Part shown: piece by piece, positions 13,138-29,003 of the stretch
How the letters are laid out: the number at the start of each line of letters is the position of its first letter
Position numbering within the stretch: position 1 is the stretch's first letter
DNA from: the human T2T-CHM13v2.0 reference genome, Homo sapiens
Assembly: GCF_009914755.1 (NCBI RefSeq)
Contig: NC_060942.1
DNA: 64,000 bases
Direction: 5' to 3' (one strand)
Translations under genes and position numbers: made by a program
The notes under the pieces: generated by a model
Database searches by the model: none
What the model was told of the DNA's origin: nothing
The model's input: only the letters and a program-made list of their open reading frames with translations

Positions 13138-13550
13138 TCTCTTAATCAATTTTCTGTTGCTTACAACAGAATACCTGAAACTAGGTAATTTATAAAGAAA
13201 AGGAATTTCTTTCAGTCCTGGAGGCTGAGAAGTTCCAGGCTGAGGTGATACATCTGGTGAAAACCTTCTTGCTGGTAGGGGCTTTCTGCAGTCCCAGGGT
13301 GCTACAGGGCATCACATAGTGGGTGGCTGAGAGCACTGACATGCTAGCTCAGGTTTCTCTTCCTCTTCTTACAAAGCCACTAGTTACACCACATGATAAT
13401 CATTAATCCATGAATGGATTAATCTATTCAAGAGGGCAGAGTCTTCATGAATGATCCAATCAACTATTAAAGGACCCATTTTTAATGCTGCCACATTGGG
13501 GATTGAGTTTTCAACACATGAAATTTGGGAGATACATTCAAACTATAGCA
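13138..13550 (-). mobile_element. MaLR solo LTR, MST family (MSTB/C-like)
   Basis: AACAGAATACCTGAAACTAGGTAATTTATAAAGAAAAG ... ends ACATTCAAACTATAGCA. Confidence 0.85.
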
Positions 13551-15181
13551 TGAGGTAAAGGAAGCATGAGTATTTCCTTGGACTGAATGTGGAGCCCAGG
13601 AAAGGGTGGCACTGAGGCCTTTGTTTTTGAGGGGTGAGGAGATCTCAGCAGAAAGAGGCAGATGAACATGGCTAGCAGCCTACAGGCTAAGCACAGATTG
13701 GCAGTGCATCAATTAGAACAGAAAGGAACCTGCCAAAACTCATGTAGGATCTCAGATTTTAGTCCTCTAATGGGGTGGTGCGATAAAAATGTAAACTATA
13801 CGTTGAAAAACAAAATTGCATTTTGTTTCCATTCACTGCAGAGCTTTTCAACATACAGTTTAATGTGAAGTTATGCTGCAAGCTTAGGAATGGGGAGGAA
13901 GAGGAAAAGTAGGGGTGGTAGTAAATGAAGGGTCCACAATTGTTGCTGAGAGCAGGCTTGCTCTTTCAATGGGTGCAGGCTGTGTGGTGTCTGAGTGGCT
14001 GGCATGATTTAATAGGAACAATTTGGAGTCATACATATATATTTCTATTTAAAAATTAAGCATCATAACAGCTATGATAGATAGATTAGGCACATATTAT
14101 TACCTTCATTTTAGGTGAGGTGGTCCAAAAACAAGGTGATTAGCTGTCCCAAGATCATAGATTTGTTTATTTAGGGGTGTGAGTTAGTTGAAGTGGAGCA
14201 AGCAGTCAGATCTAAGGGTGAGCTAGGTGGCCTTCCTTCTACCATTTCTGTTTATCATTCTTCCTTTATCATGTCCATTACAGAACCATGTTTCTTCTAA
14301 GGACCCTCAGATTGCTAGGGCAGATCCTGTAATTCAAATATCTTGTTTTTGCCTGCTGCCTTAGCATCAGTCTGAGAATTTGCTTGAAGGCATCTATCAT
14401 GCTGATGGTTAGAACATAAACCTGTTTTGGGGGAAAAGATTTGAATTGCCTACAACAATTTGTGGTTAATGAATTGTCCTAAAGGTTTTATGTGTCCCTC
14501 TCCCACTGTTTTGCATGGTAGTTGTCTCATCCCCATTAAAAGACTTTTCTCATTTGAACTGTTTTTATGAATAAAGGGCTCTTTCATTTTCCACAGCTGA
14601 TTTCCTTTTATTGTCTTTATTGCATTTTAACAGGGAGACAAATGACACCACAAACAGACGCAAGGGAGACTGACTCCTCCCGCCTTGCCTTTATGTGTTT
14701 TTATTAACCTTTTTTCATCCCTTAGCTCAGGCTGTGGGATGTAGACCTTTAATGCAGGTCATAAATGAACAGCCAGATTTGAAACTTGATGGAAAAGCTC
14801 TCTAATGGGACAGAGGATTCACTGAAACAATATTTGTTTTTAAAAATTGTGTTTGAAGTTACAATGACAATGATAGAAATATCAATTATAGTAATAAACA
14901 TTGTAACACTGAGTATTGAGGTATATAGGCAGAAAGAAATATTTAGTATCCTTTATATGCTAGGCATTCTATATATTTTTCTGCTATATAAATAATATAT
15001 GAATACATTTATATGACACAAACTTTAAAAGATATGGGAGTATATGTGATAAATGATCAAAATTATCTTTCTTTTTTCCCTCAAATACCACTAGTTTCAT
15101 CATATGTATCTATTAACAACTTCATCTGCATATACATATACACATTCATATCTTAATGTTTTGTTTTGTCATGCATGAGTT

Positions 15182-15270
15182 CAAAACCTCTGCATATTAT
15201 TCAATGACATTCTAATTTGCTTAACAAAATCTACTCTGCATATTTTTCAATGACATTTTAATTTGCTTAA
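15182..15270 (+). repeat. Tandem duplication of about 45 bp inside a decayed L1ME-like tract (about 15000-15620)
   Basis: CTCTGCATATTATTCAATGACATTCTAATTTGCTTAA repeated as CTCTGCATATTTTTCAATGACATTTTAATTTGCTTAA. Confidence 0.85.
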
Positions 15271-16069
15271 TTTTAAAAGGCTTACTATTTGCACTTTATA
15301 TAAATCTTCCTTACTCTTTGTTTTTTGTTGTTAGCAGCATTTCCCTCTTAGAGATTTAATTTTTTTGGTTGTTGTTAATACAGTGAAAGCTTCAGTAAAC
15401 ATCCTTGAACATACATATCTTCCCATAGGATACATTTCTAGAAATGGAATGCATGTGTGGAAGGATTTGTACATCTCATGGTTTGGTAGATAGTGACCAA
15501 TTCCCTGTAGTGGCTATGCCACTTCAAGCATCCACCATATTGTATGAGTGTGACTCCCGCCTCTTTGTGTGTTCTTTTATTCCTCAGAATACCCTGACAA
15601 AGGAAAACTCTAATCCTTATTTTTATCAATAGAGAATAACAAGCTTCAGAAATGTTAAGTAAAATTGCCTGAGGTTACACAACTATCATGTGGAAGATGA
15701 GCTTTATTCCCCACAAAGGCCCATACTCTTTCTGCATTCAGGACATTTTTGGCATGAAGTCCATAATAGCTAGCTTTGCTACTAAGTTGGCTTTATGTGT
15801 TTGGGAAGTCACATCACCTCTCTGGTTCGATTTTCCTTTTCTGTAAAATGAAGTAGTTGGACTAGGTGCCTTAGACTCCTTTGACTTTGAATTGTAAACC
15901 TGTTTTGGGGAGTATTTTATAAATGCTAGTGCCAGTATAATTTTGGCTGGATTTTGAACATATTTCTTCTACTTGGGATTTCACTTTTCAAAAGGGAAAA
16001 GGACTTGAATTGGGATTAACATTAGGAATATTAATAAGGTTAATATTCATCATCATAAGTAAAATTGTT

Positions 16070-16270
16070 AAGCTTGGCCTGTGTGCTAAATACTGTTCGC
16101 TTTTCCAAGTGCTTTACATGCATTATTTTGTACCATCCTCCCTGCATTCTGGTGAGCCAGGTATGGTTATTGTCTTAATTTTACAGATGAGTAAAAGGAT
16201 GAGGGAGGACAAAACTCTTGTCTAAGATCACACAGCATGTGATGAGCATTTGAACTCAGACTTTCAGAGA
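16070..16270 (-). mobile_element. MIR
   Basis: ATTTTACAGATGAG core with TCTAAGATCACACAGC and ATTTGAACTCAG. Confidence 0.7.
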
Positions 16271-16879
16271 CTGAGCTGAGAAGCAAATTTTTTTGTGAGT
16301 GTGGGAGGGGGAGGCATTTTGTGGAGGAAAAATACAGTAATTCTTCCTTGGACTATGATTAGGAAAGGAAGGGTCAAAAAACAATGAATTTTCTAGATAA
16401 CTAAAACTTACCCTCTTTAGGTTCAAAAGTTAACTTTTAACAACTTGGGATAAAAATCCTTTTATAATGTGTTACATACTCTTCTGTTTACATTTAATTT
16501 GTTTAACCATTTCTTTTGGGGACAGCGTCATTGTATAGGTATTTGTTAGTTCCTTAATAGATTCCTGCTCTTGGGAATAATTAAACTGAATAAACCATTC
16601 TCCTTTTCTCTGAATGGTCTCGAATTGGCATGCATTTTGAGTGTTTCAGGTTCTTTTTTACAGTTATGCTTCTCTTGCCTCAGTGTCAAGGTGTCAGCTT
16701 TGAAGGCCACTCTTGTGTGGAGACGGTGCTACCAACTGACTGGAGACAGGATGTGCCCTTTGGATAGGGGACCGCATAACTCAACATCCAAACTGGGACA
16801 CTGTTATTATTTAAGCAGGACAACAGGAATAAGATGAGACTGCTTATTCAAACTGGGATTTACAGTCACTTTACTTAGG

Positions 16880-17030
16880 GCCAGGTCCACATCCTGCCTT
16901 GCTTGCTTGTTAAGGAATCTTGTCACAAATTATTTAGTTTCTCTGAACCACAGTTTCCTCAGTTGTAAATTGGGCACAATAATGCCAACTTGTAAGAATT
17001 AGAGAGAATGTACATAGTAGGTGCCTTATG
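16880..17030 (+). mobile_element. MIR
   Basis: TTCTCTGAACCACAGTTTCCTCAGTTGTAAATTGGG core. Confidence 0.7.
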
Positions 17031-17489
17031 ATAGAGCTGCCACATGGGTTGTTGAGAGGAATGAAAGTCAAGGGCATAACACAGTAACTACTTTTTGCCT
17101 GTTAACTTTGCTATTGTTTAGGCTATGATTATTTTGCTTTGTGTTGCTGTAATTGTGTCTACATCTGGCTGCTCCCTCCAGCATTCTCTTCTTAGCTACT
17201 TCCAATATGATGTGGGCTGGGAAACAAGATAACTGAAGTGTTAGTACTCCAGAAAATAACTCATCTCTGAGTTAGGTGCAAGTTTTTCGGTTTTGTTTGT
17301 GTTTTGTACAAGTTTTCACCTTAACTGCTTAAAGTATTAGTCTTTGACCTTGTCATTGGCCTAAACAATAAATGTTGTGTGATAATTCATCACTATATAG
17401 GTAATGCTTCTTGGTGATTTTCTGTATTTGAATATTATCGTTTGTCAGCATGGTACTGTTATAAAAATAGGCAGGTATAAAAATACAAA

Positions 17490-18795
17490 TATGTTTTATT
17501 ATGTAAAAATATAAATCAATAGAACAGAATAGAGAACCTAAAAATAAAGCCAAATTCTTACAGCCAACTGAACTTCAACAAAGCAAACAAAAACATAAAG
17601 TGGGGGAAATAACAGACACACTATTCAACAAATGGTGCTGAGATAACTGGCCAGCCATATGTAGAGGAATGAAACTGTATCCTTATCTCTCACCTTATAC
17701 AAAAATCAACACAAAATGGATCAAAGACTTAAATCTAAGACCTGAAGCCATAAAAATTCTAGAAGATAACATCAGAAAAGCCCTCAAGACATTGGCTCAG
17801 GCAAAGACTTCATGACCAAGAACCCATAAGCAAATACAACAAAAACAAAGATAAATAAATAGGACTTAATAAACCTAAAAAGCTTCTGCATAGCAAAGAC
17901 ACAATCAGCAAAGTAAACAGACAACCCAGAGTGGGAGAAAACCTTTTCAATCTATACATCTGACAAAGGAATCCAGAATCTACAAGGAACTCAAATCAGA
18001 AAAAAACAAAACAAAACAAACGACAAACAAAAACACCAAACAGTCCCAACAAAAAGTGGGCTAAGGACATGAACAGACAATTCTTAAAAAAAGATATACA
18101 AATGGTAAAGAAACATATGAAAATATGCTCAACTTCACTAATGGTCAGGGAAATACAAATCAAAACCACAATGTGATACCACCTTACTCCTACAAGAATG
18201 GCTATAATCAAAAAATCAAAATATAATAGATGTTGGCGTGGATGTGGTGAAAAGAGAATACTTTTAAACTGCTGGTTGGTGGGGCTATAAACTAGTACAA
18301 CCACTGTGGAAAACTAAAAGTAGAACTACAGTGTGATCCAGCAATCCCATCACTGGGTATCTGCCCAGAGGAAAGGAAGTCATTATACAAAAAAAGATAC
18401 CTGCACATGCATGTTTATAGCAGCACAATTTGCAATTGGAAAAATATGGAACCAGTCCAAATGCCCATCAATCAACAAGGGACGAAGAAAATATGTTGTA
18501 TATATACCATGGAATACTATTCGGCTATAAAAAGAAACAAAATAATGGCATTTGGAGCAACCTGGATGGAATTGGAGACCATTATTCTATGTGAAGTAAC
18601 TCAGGAATGGAAAACCAAGCACTGTATGTTCTCACGCATAAGTGGGAGCTAAGCTATGAGGATGTGAAGCCATAAGAATGATACAATGGACTTTGGAGAC
18701 TCAAGGGAAAGGTTCAGTGTCGGGTGAGGGATAAAAGACTATACGTTGGGTACAGTGTACACTGCTCGGGTGACGGGTGCACCAAAATCTCAGAT
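17490..18795 (+). mobile_element. L1PB1-type ORF2 C-terminus and 3'UTR, truncated at both ends
   Basis: ORF fragment [44 protein letters not shown]; L1PB 3'UTR GCTAAGCTATGAGGAT; ends abruptly at CACCAAAATCTCAGA without a poly(A). Confidence 0.9.
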
Positions 18796-21700
18796 TTTTG
18801 GGTTTGGCATGTGGTCAGACTGCACAGCCAGCCAGCCTCTCCTCTGCCTTCTCCCTCTCCCCGACCTTCCTTTCTCTCCTCCTGCCCCCACCTTTAATTC
18901 CCACTCTTTTAAATTTTTGATGATCCTTTTGTTGGTCATGTATTTAGCCACCATTTGCTGAGCCCCAGCTTGTGGTAACCACTGCGTCAGGGTCTATGGC
19001 TCTAAATGTGGTTTCTAAGCTTTAGAAAGCTAACAGTCCAGAGAGGAAGATAGATACAAAAATAAATAGCCATGTGAATATGTTTAATTAAACATTTGTG
19101 AGAAGAATTATGAAACCCCTGAGGAGGGGTTGATTGTGCCATCTAGGGAGTAGGAAATGGCTTCATAGAGGCAGTCAAGAGTGGACATCAGGGGCTATGT
19201 CATTTCCAGGACCAGTCTCAGGCCATGTGTTAGGATATTTAGGCTCATTTCAAGTATTCTAAAGAGTTGTGTGAGTTAAAGAAAATATGTTAACTTTTTG
19301 GTGCTTCAGTTTTCTTATCACTAGCAGTGGATCAGAATCTTCACTGCTGTGAAGACAGAGTGAAACAATGTTTGAGAAAGCTCTATGATAAGTTTTAGGC
19401 AATTCCAAATGTTATCTTCATTTTGCTGTTATAAGAAATAGCCTGGGCCATTGAACTGATGGTTCTTCCTAGCCAGTTCCTCTCTCTACATCTTTCTGGA
19501 AGAATCTATGCAAGACCAGGCTCCTTTCCTGAAAGATACAACAAAATGAGACATAAGGGCTTGAATTCTAGCCCTTCAAAAAGCTGGAAATTTTAAAAAT
19601 GATGGTAGTGATGGCATTGCCTTATTCTCTTGGAACGCTTAGAGCGTATCCCAGCACTTACCCAGCTAGGATCTCATATGTCATTTAGGTTAGAACAGGT
19701 GTCACCATCTTTGCTTTATAGACATGTTTACCATGGGACAAAAAACAAGGAGGATTGATTTGTGCTAACACCAGGGTAGAGTAATTGAGTGTCAGGATTC
19801 TAAAAGGCAAGAGATCTTGAAAATAGCAGTGTAACCACATATAAAGAAAACAATACAGGCATAGATTTAATAACATTTCCAGGGTCACATAATTAATTAG
19901 GGAATAGAAGCAGACCTCTAACCCCAGGCTCTTGTGACTGTTGTTGAAACATACTGGACCACATCTTCATCTTGAATTCATCTTCAGTGGTTGAGCTTTT
20001 CGACCTTTGCCTTTAAATTTGATGATGCACACTCTTGCTTCCTACTTCACAGCTTTCCTGTCAATTGACTGATAATCTTAAAAACTAGGACTTAGTTGTA
20101 TTAAGGACACTTACTAGATGCAGTAATCCAACATTTTGCAGATGAAATAACACAATTATTTTACATTATAGGTCTTCCTCCATTTTACCAATTAGCTTAT
20201 TTTGTAAAGTTGAATATTCTGCTCTGGAATTTACCTAAAGCACTCTCAGCATGTCAGGACTTGCTGCAGGCTCTGTGGACTTCAGACTGAGCCCTTGACT
20301 CCATCTTGTGCTCTGAAGGACATAAGGAGGGCAGTACATCTGCAGAGCTTCAAGTGTTAACTCTACCTGCATCCCTAAACCAATCTTGGCAAAATTGACC
20401 CTAGGCTCTATCTACCCTACCAGTAAATATGCCAGACAAAAATAGATTCAATTAATTTCCTCTCATTTAGATCACTGAACTGACACTTAAGAAGATACCA
20501 GTGTTGCTTTAGATGGCTTTTAGTCCTGTGTTCATGTTCTGAGATTCTTTGGCATAGATAGTAAATGGCTAGGTCTTGGGTAATCCTCATTTCTGGGGAA
20601 ACAGATATTTCCCCTTACTTCCGTCTTTCTGCAACAACCGATCACAGAAAAGAGGGGACTAAAAACTATTTGTTAGATATTGATAAAGGATGTAATATCA
20701 ATAAAATAGAGTGAAGACCATTAACATATTAGATAGAATGGCCCTGCAAGAGGGATGAAGTTTATCGTATAAGTTTACTGCAAAGGAAGAGCTCGTATTC
20801 CTCTTCCTCAAGTGCAAGCCCCTCTTAATGAAACTGACGGTATGGAATCTTCCAGTCATTGAGGACCTGCTGCAAGCCTGGCCCTGAATACAATATTAGA
20901 GGCTGAAGATTTTAAAGAAAAATAACATCCAAGTCCCAGCAACCAAGATGCCTATAGTGTAATTGGAAGAAAAAAGCAAAAGACAAAAAAGAGTTGAGGA
21001 AGTTTCTTGGAGGAGGTGACACTGGAATATAGCCCTGGAAAAGGCAGAAAGAAAGAGACATGAGGTGGAGGGGAAGAACTAATTGTGTTTGAGAAAACAT
21101 TGATGAGATAGTCAATGATTAAGAACAAATTGTGGGATAAAACTTTCCAGGTAATCTGTGTGCATTTTAACTAAAACACTTTTTAGTGTAACTGCCTCCC
21201 TCATTATTTTTTTGGCTAACCAAATATATTTTAACATAAGAATTGTGAAAAGTTAATTTATAGAAGAGAATAAATAAATTATTAAGTATAAAAAATTAAT
21301 TTACTAGTAATTAAAAATACAAAATAAAAAAGAGATAACTAGTTTTTGCCTATCAATTGGCATAGATTTAAATAACAATAAAATATACTGCTGGTGAAGA
21401 TAAAGAAAGACAAGCAATCCCATACATGGCAGGTGAGAAATTTGGTACAATTATTGGGAAACAATTTGGCAATATGTGTCAAAGCCTTAAACACATTTAT
21501 ACCTTCCAAGACACTAATCATGTTTAAAGAAAGAGTGTTTTTATAGCAGTAAATAAAAACATATATTCAAGGAAATTCATTGCAATGTTCCTTTATTTAA
21601 AATAAGGAATATTAGAAAAAAATACCTACATTTGATAACAGATGGTTAAATGTGTTACATACTTAGGATATTATTCTCGCATTAAAATAATATTTTAGCA

Positions 21701-21822
21701 GTACTATGTAGCAATAGCTACCACGTATTGAGGATTTACTATATATTAGGCACTATGCTAGTAACATTGACTATAAATCTTAATCATTAATACAATAGAT
21801 TGATTTCTCATTGAATTTTATT

Positions 21823-22305
21823 TACTTAGTATTTTTATAAATTTATGGGGTACAAGTATAATTTTATTACATGCATAGATTTCATAATGGTGAAGTCAGG
21901 ACTTTTAGGGTATCCGTCACTCAGTTAATATGCATTGTACCCATTAAGCAATCTTTCATCATTCTCCTCCTCCCACCCCTTCACCCTTCCAAGTCTCCAT
22001 TGTCTATCCTTCTATACGCTACATCTATGTGTACATATTCTTTAGCTCCCACTTATAAGTGAGAACATGCAGTATTTGTCTTTCTGTGTCTGACTTGTTT
22101 CACTTAAGATAATGACACCTAGTTTCATCTAGTTTTCATTTTTTATGGCTGAATAGTATTCCATTGTGCATGTAGATCACATTTTCTTTATCCAATCATC
22201 TGTTGGTAGACATTTAGTTTGTTTCCATATCTTTGCTATTGTAAATATTGTTGTGATAAACATACAGGTGCAGGTGTCTTTTTGATATAGAAAGTATTTT
22301 CCTTC
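21823..22305 (-). mobile_element. L1PB4-like 3' end, 5'-truncated, with 16-bp TSD
   Basis: TSD CTCATTGAATTTTATT at 21807-21822 and 22306-22321; antisense L1 3'UTR TTTATGGGGTACAAGT...GCTCCCACTTATAAGTGAGAACATGC. Confidence 0.85.
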
Positions 22306-22717
22306 CTCATTGAATTTTATTATTGTTTTAGAGGAAATGTTCAATGAGAGTTGAGCATTAAGATGTTTCTAAAACTGGCCCTGACCTACCTTGCTAAGCT
22401 CCAGATTTTCTTACTTTAGAGATGGGAACCATGAGGCCCAGAAAATTATTTAAAGTCAAAGAACAAGTCAGAGGCAAAGTCAAGAGTGAAACCTCCAGAT
22501 ATTGATGCCATGTCAATGAACTTTTCATTCTGTATGTTCTTCTGGAATAATTACATCTCACATTACAAACATTTATGGAAAATCTATCATGTGCCAGGCA
22601 CTGGTCTAGGAATTAAGCACACAATAAACGTAAATCCTGTGCTCTCAGTTTACAACCCATGGGGAAGACAGACTCACTAAAATAAATAAAATAAATAAAT
22701 AAATAAATAACTAAGCT

Positions 22718-23165
<448 letters not shown>

Positions 23166-23189
23166 TTAGCAGAGACACCTCAGACTGAT

Positions 23190-23405
23190 GACTAACATTT
23201 GTTCAGAACTTATCAAATCCCATGCACTCTTCCAAATGCGCTATGTAGGTTAACTTAGGTAACCCTCCCAGCAATCCTGTGAGGGTAATACTATGATTAG
23301 TATTATTTCCCACTTTGCAGAGGATTAAATCAAGGCAATGAGAGGCTGAGTGACTGGCCCAGCCAGTCAGTCAACAGGAGCCAGAGTTTGAGCTCCAGTC
23401 TCTAT
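23190..23405 (-). mobile_element. MIR
   Basis: CCCACTTTGCAGAGG...AGAGGCTGAGTGACTGGCCC. Confidence 0.65.
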
Positions 23406-24773
23406 TGCCCGCTTGCCTCTCTCTACCCAGTATGATGCTTGGATTGGCAATCAAAGGATGTAGAGAAGAAGCTAATTCTAGGAAGAGAGAATGAGGTGTT
23501 TGCCGCAGGGTGCTGAATTTATTTAGAAAACTTTAGGAAATTCACTTTTGGGAGGTGGAGGTGATCTTTGCGCGGTGGGGGTGAGGTGTGCTCCGCCATG
23601 AGGCATGAGCCTTACCAGGCCTTACTGAGGAGCTTGGCTCTTCTCCATTAGGCAACTGGAAGCCATTGAAAGTTTAAGCAGGGAAGAAACACGATGCAGC
23701 TTGCCTCTTTGAACAACTTCGCATTCATCAGTCCACAAAGTGACTGAGATGGGTTCAGCCAGCTTCTAGATCCCTGATCCTGTGACCAGGGTTCGGCCAC
23801 ACTCTTCTTCCAGTAAAAAAGGAATGGCCTCAAATGGAAACCATTGCTACAGGGGGTTAATAAAATCTCCCAGGGCCAAGAAAGCTAAACCACAATTTAA
23901 AAACCTTCCTGCATAGCTGGCGGCTGCAGTGCGTGGCTTGTAGGGGTGGGTGATCTGTGTCATCTTCCTTGACAGTATATTGCTTTGCATCCTCCTCATA
24001 AACATTTCTGTTTATTTTGTGGGAGGGTAAAGTGCCGACAGAAGTTATCCAGGAGGAAAACAAAGAAACAGCAGGCCTTAAATCTTCATCAAGTTTCAGA
24101 AAGCTTCAAACCAACACAAGAAACTCTCAGATTTGGGACTTGGAAAACTGGGGGCTTTACCTGCCTCCTGCCTCCCTCCCATTCCTCGCTCCTGATTGCA
24201 TGACACCCTTTCCCTTTCTCAAGTCTTATCTCTGAATTCCACCTCCTAACAGACCAATGTTCTCATAGTGCCAAAGCCTCATGCTGCAGTTCCCCAGGGC
24301 AAGCTTGCCCTTTCCAGAACTGCCCACCTTTCAAAATTACTTCCTTACATTTCTAGTTACAGCTATTACACTCCTCCTGGGGCTGAGCTCAATCAAATAT
24401 GTGTTAGAAGCAGAGTAATTTAATTAAATTGCATCCCACTAAGGTATAAATAACGTATAGCCCCAAACCCATCCCTACAATCATCTCAGGTATGTGGAGG
24501 TCACATTTCAGGATCCCTTAGCACATGCCTCCTTTCTAGACGCCCTTGCCAGAAGCTGAGGCAGACTTGCTCCTTGTGTACTCTAGCCTCTATCCTGCAG
24601 TTTTTGAAACATTTGTATTCACCTACTTAGGACCAGCTGCTGTCCCTTCCCCCAAACTTGGGGTGCCCTGGCCTGTTCCCTACAAATCTGTGAATGTTTG
24701 TCTTTGCTGTGTGGATCATATTCAGTCTCAGAGCTTGGAAACAGGAAGGGTAGACAAATGATTAGGAGACAGG

Positions 24774-25095
<322 letters not shown>

Positions 25096-25712
25096 GGAGA
25101 GAGAGGTGTCGCTAAGGATGAATTATGTACATCTAAAAGAGAAATGCAGTTTTCTTGAAAAAACAAGTTTATCAGATGTGATTAGAGGAGTTTGCAGTGA
25201 CAATCGAATGATGTGACAAAATATCCGGCAAGTTTATGGTTGGGTGATGAGTTTGGACTAGGAGATGGGGGACTCTCTAACTCCAACTTTGTTTAAGTTA
25301 CCTACCATCTTTGGGTCTAAGTGTCATTATCTGTAAAATGAGTAGGTTGGGCCAGAGAGCTTCAGCTCCTTTTAGATCTAATTGTAATTATCAAGTATTG
25401 GATATCACATGAAGACTTTGGTCAGTGCTGTAACACTGACCTCCTGTTCTGTGGACTACTAATTTCTCTGCTATAGCGCATATGAAAGGCCACACTCACA
25501 GAGAGACATGGTAGAAAGGACACTGAACTTGGAACCAAAAGACCTGGGTTCCAGTCTGGGTTGGCCTAGTAATGTAAACAAGTGGTGTTTCAGTTTCTTT
25601 GTCTATAAACTAGGGTTAGCTATTCCTCTCCTGTTTTTTTTTTTTTCTCATATTGGAAACCACACAGCTACATGCTTGCTGACTCTTTTTATTGTTTTCA
25701 GAAATGTCTCTG

Positions 25713-25970
25713 AGCTGTGTGTGGTGTCTGACGTGTGTAATTCCAGTGCTTTGGGAGGCCAAGGTCAGAAGATCAAATGAGCTTAGGAGTTTGAGGCCAG
25801 CCTGGGCGACATATAGAGACCGTGTCAGAAGGATTGCTTGAGCCCAGGAGTTTGAGGCTGCAGTGAGCTATGATCATGCCACTACACACCAGCTTGGGTG
25901 ATAGAACAAGACCCTACCTCTAAACATAATAAAAACAAATTAAAAATTGAAAAAAAAATAAAAAATTAAA
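25713..25970 (+). mobile_element. AluJ with the A-rich linker and start of the right arm deleted
   Basis: Left arm ends GAGACCGTGTC and joins directly to AGAAGGATTGCTTGAGCCCAGGAG. Confidence 0.8.
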
Positions 25971-28155
25971 AAGAAGCCACAGATATGTATTTAAAAAAAA
26001 CATGGCTTTGGTTCTGAAAGTCATGTGTAAGTAGAATTTGTATTACCTCGTGGCTGCTGAAGGCAGGGAGAGGTGCAGGGGTGAAGATAGAGTTTCCTGA
26101 CTTGTGTTTGATAGACCTTTGTGCCCCAGTTACATGTAACTGGATTACTCTTTTGTAAGCCACACAATGGAAAATCATCATTTACATTCCTGAAAATGAA
26201 GAACACTAATAATTAAATAACATGATAGCATAGAATAATGACATTTCAATTGTATGAGATAAACAATTTAAATGTTTTCTTGCCTTAAATCTCCAAGTGA
26301 AATACTGAGGAAAAACAAGAAGACAAAAGATCTCCCAACTCTAAAAGGGAACACTTTCAAAAGCAAGCTCAGGTCCTGGACTATCAACTCTGTCAACAAG
26401 AGGAGAATAGAGGTGAGGTTAATGGCATTTTTCTTAATTCCATCTGTTTCAGGCATGGATGATCTTTGATCTTTCTGAGTTTTATCTATCACTGAAAAGA
26501 TTCTCTTGGACTACATGGGTTTTAGTGTCTTCTCTGATTGGAACACATGATTGACAAGCATATACTCCCCATCATAGCTAAAGGTGCTGGTTACAGGCAA
26601 GAATGAAAGGAGTTTCGACCTCAGCCTCCGTCAAGGGCAGGACCCCAAGGGAGGTCATGTTTGCTTTGCATGGTTGGGAATTGCTTACCAGAGCTTCTGC
26701 TTCCTTTGTGCTTCACATTACACAGTTTGAACGTCATCTTGATGTTATAAAAGTCACTCAGGTTAGGACTCTCGCTGCCCTCATTCACACTGTGTGCCCT
26801 CCCCCGTTTACTCATCTTGGCAGAAAATGATTTGTAATCTCATATTGTCATCTTTTCGTGTGGCTATGCCAAATATGCTGAAAGAAATTATAAGCTCTTT
26901 TGGATCTGGAGCTCTATTTTGTACCTCTTTATCCCTTAACTGTTGCATTTCTGAGTCAGAACATATACCTCTCCTGGGTTTAAATTTCTTCTTTCATCTT
27001 TGTACCCTCAGTACAGTTCAGTTGGACACAGTAGGCACTTTATAAATTCTTCTAGTGAAACAATATATATTTTTTAATTTAATGAAAGTCCTTTATCGGT
27101 AAGATTATGACTCAATGATAATTCAGTCAGCAGCAAATAGGGAACCTCTTTGATTTGAGAAGTGCAAAGAGATTGAGGATATCTTCAGAAGCTATGCCTC
27201 CCTAAAGTTAGCCTCCTAGTAAGATAAGACTGTATTTCTACATCTCTTGCAAGAACCCAGGAAGGACAGAGGAGGGAAGAAACCAAAAAGTCAGCTTGGT
27301 GGTACTGAAGATATCGGCTTGTGGCCAACCACTCATTTACTGCAGGGAACATTAAACTACAACAATCCCAGATCCCTGCAATTGGTGCTTCTTGGCAGAT
27401 CCTTAGAAATGATCGAATTCAATTTTCTTATTTTACAAATAAGGACATTGAGGCCAAAGAACTTGGGAGATGACTAATTTAGAAAATATTGTTTTGGGAA
27501 GTAATTGTATTAAAAAAATAACTCCACAGCTTAGCAAAAGTGGTTTCTATGTTCAAGTTCAGTGTTTGTGTGAAACCCTTGAAATTAAGTTATAACAGCA
27601 GAACACAACAATGTATTTCTGTGGCTGAGACCTCTAACTATCCTCCAAAGATTTCTTCTTTCCTTCCATGTCACAGGGTTGTTTCTAGGAAGTGGATGCT
27701 CAGCTAGGGACATTTTTTTTCTAGCTGTCTTCGCATTTACTTTGGACCTAGTATCTAGCCTGGACCATGAGATGCAGGTAAAATTCTTATATTTCACCTG
27801 CAGAATTCACCTCCAGGAAGTCACACCATCCTCCACAATCTCTTTCCTGCATGGTCTTACTTCATCATAAGTTACCATCATTGATAAACTGGGAGTTAAG
27901 ACAATTAAGAAATAAAGATCTAACCTCAGCTGAAATTTGCATATCAGATTAAGTACCTGTAGGATAGTATTGCCTTGCCTGTATCCACATAAGCTCAGGG
28001 AATCTTTTTTTTCCCATCTGTCAGATTATCAAACTCAAAGTTTGAAATGTTCTTTGCTGGTGAAACTGTGGTGAAATAGGCTCTTTGATATATTGCTGAT
28101 AAGAGTATGAACAGGTACAGCCCTTGTGGAGAGCAGGAAATATGTATCAAAATTA

Positions 28156-28476
<321 letters not shown>

Positions 28477-28638
28477 TTAACTTAGTAAACCCATATCTGG
28501 AATTTATTCTTTACACACACCTGCACATATTTTAAATGGCATGTGGGAAGAGTTATCCATTTTAGCATTATTTGTAATGTTAACCTGTGAGAAACAGTCC
28601 AAGTATCCATCATTAGAGGGCTGGTTACATAAACTGTG

Positions 28639-29003
28639 TGTATTAGTCTGTTTTCACGTTGCTGTTAAAGACATACCCCAGACTGGGCAATTTAAAAAAG
28701 AAAGAGGTTTCATGGACATACAGTTCCACATGGCTGGGGAAACCTTGCAATCATGGTGGTAGGCAAGGAGGAGCAAGTCATGTCTTACGTGGATGACAGC
28801 AGGCAAAGAGAGAACTTGTGCAGGGAAACTCTGCTTTTTAAAACCATCAGATCTCATGAAACCCACTCGCTATCATGAGAACCGTATGGGAGAAACTGCC
28901 CCCATGATTCAATTATCTCCAACCAGGTCCCTCTCACAATATGTGGGAATTATGGGAGCTACAAGATAACATTTGGGTGGGGACACAGAGCCAAACCGTA
29001 TCA
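28639..29003 (-). mobile_element. THE1 (THE1A/B) MaLR solo LTR
   Basis: TGTATTAGTCTGTTTTCAC...GGACACAGAGCCAAACCGTATCA, 365 bp with TG...CA ends. Confidence 0.92.
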
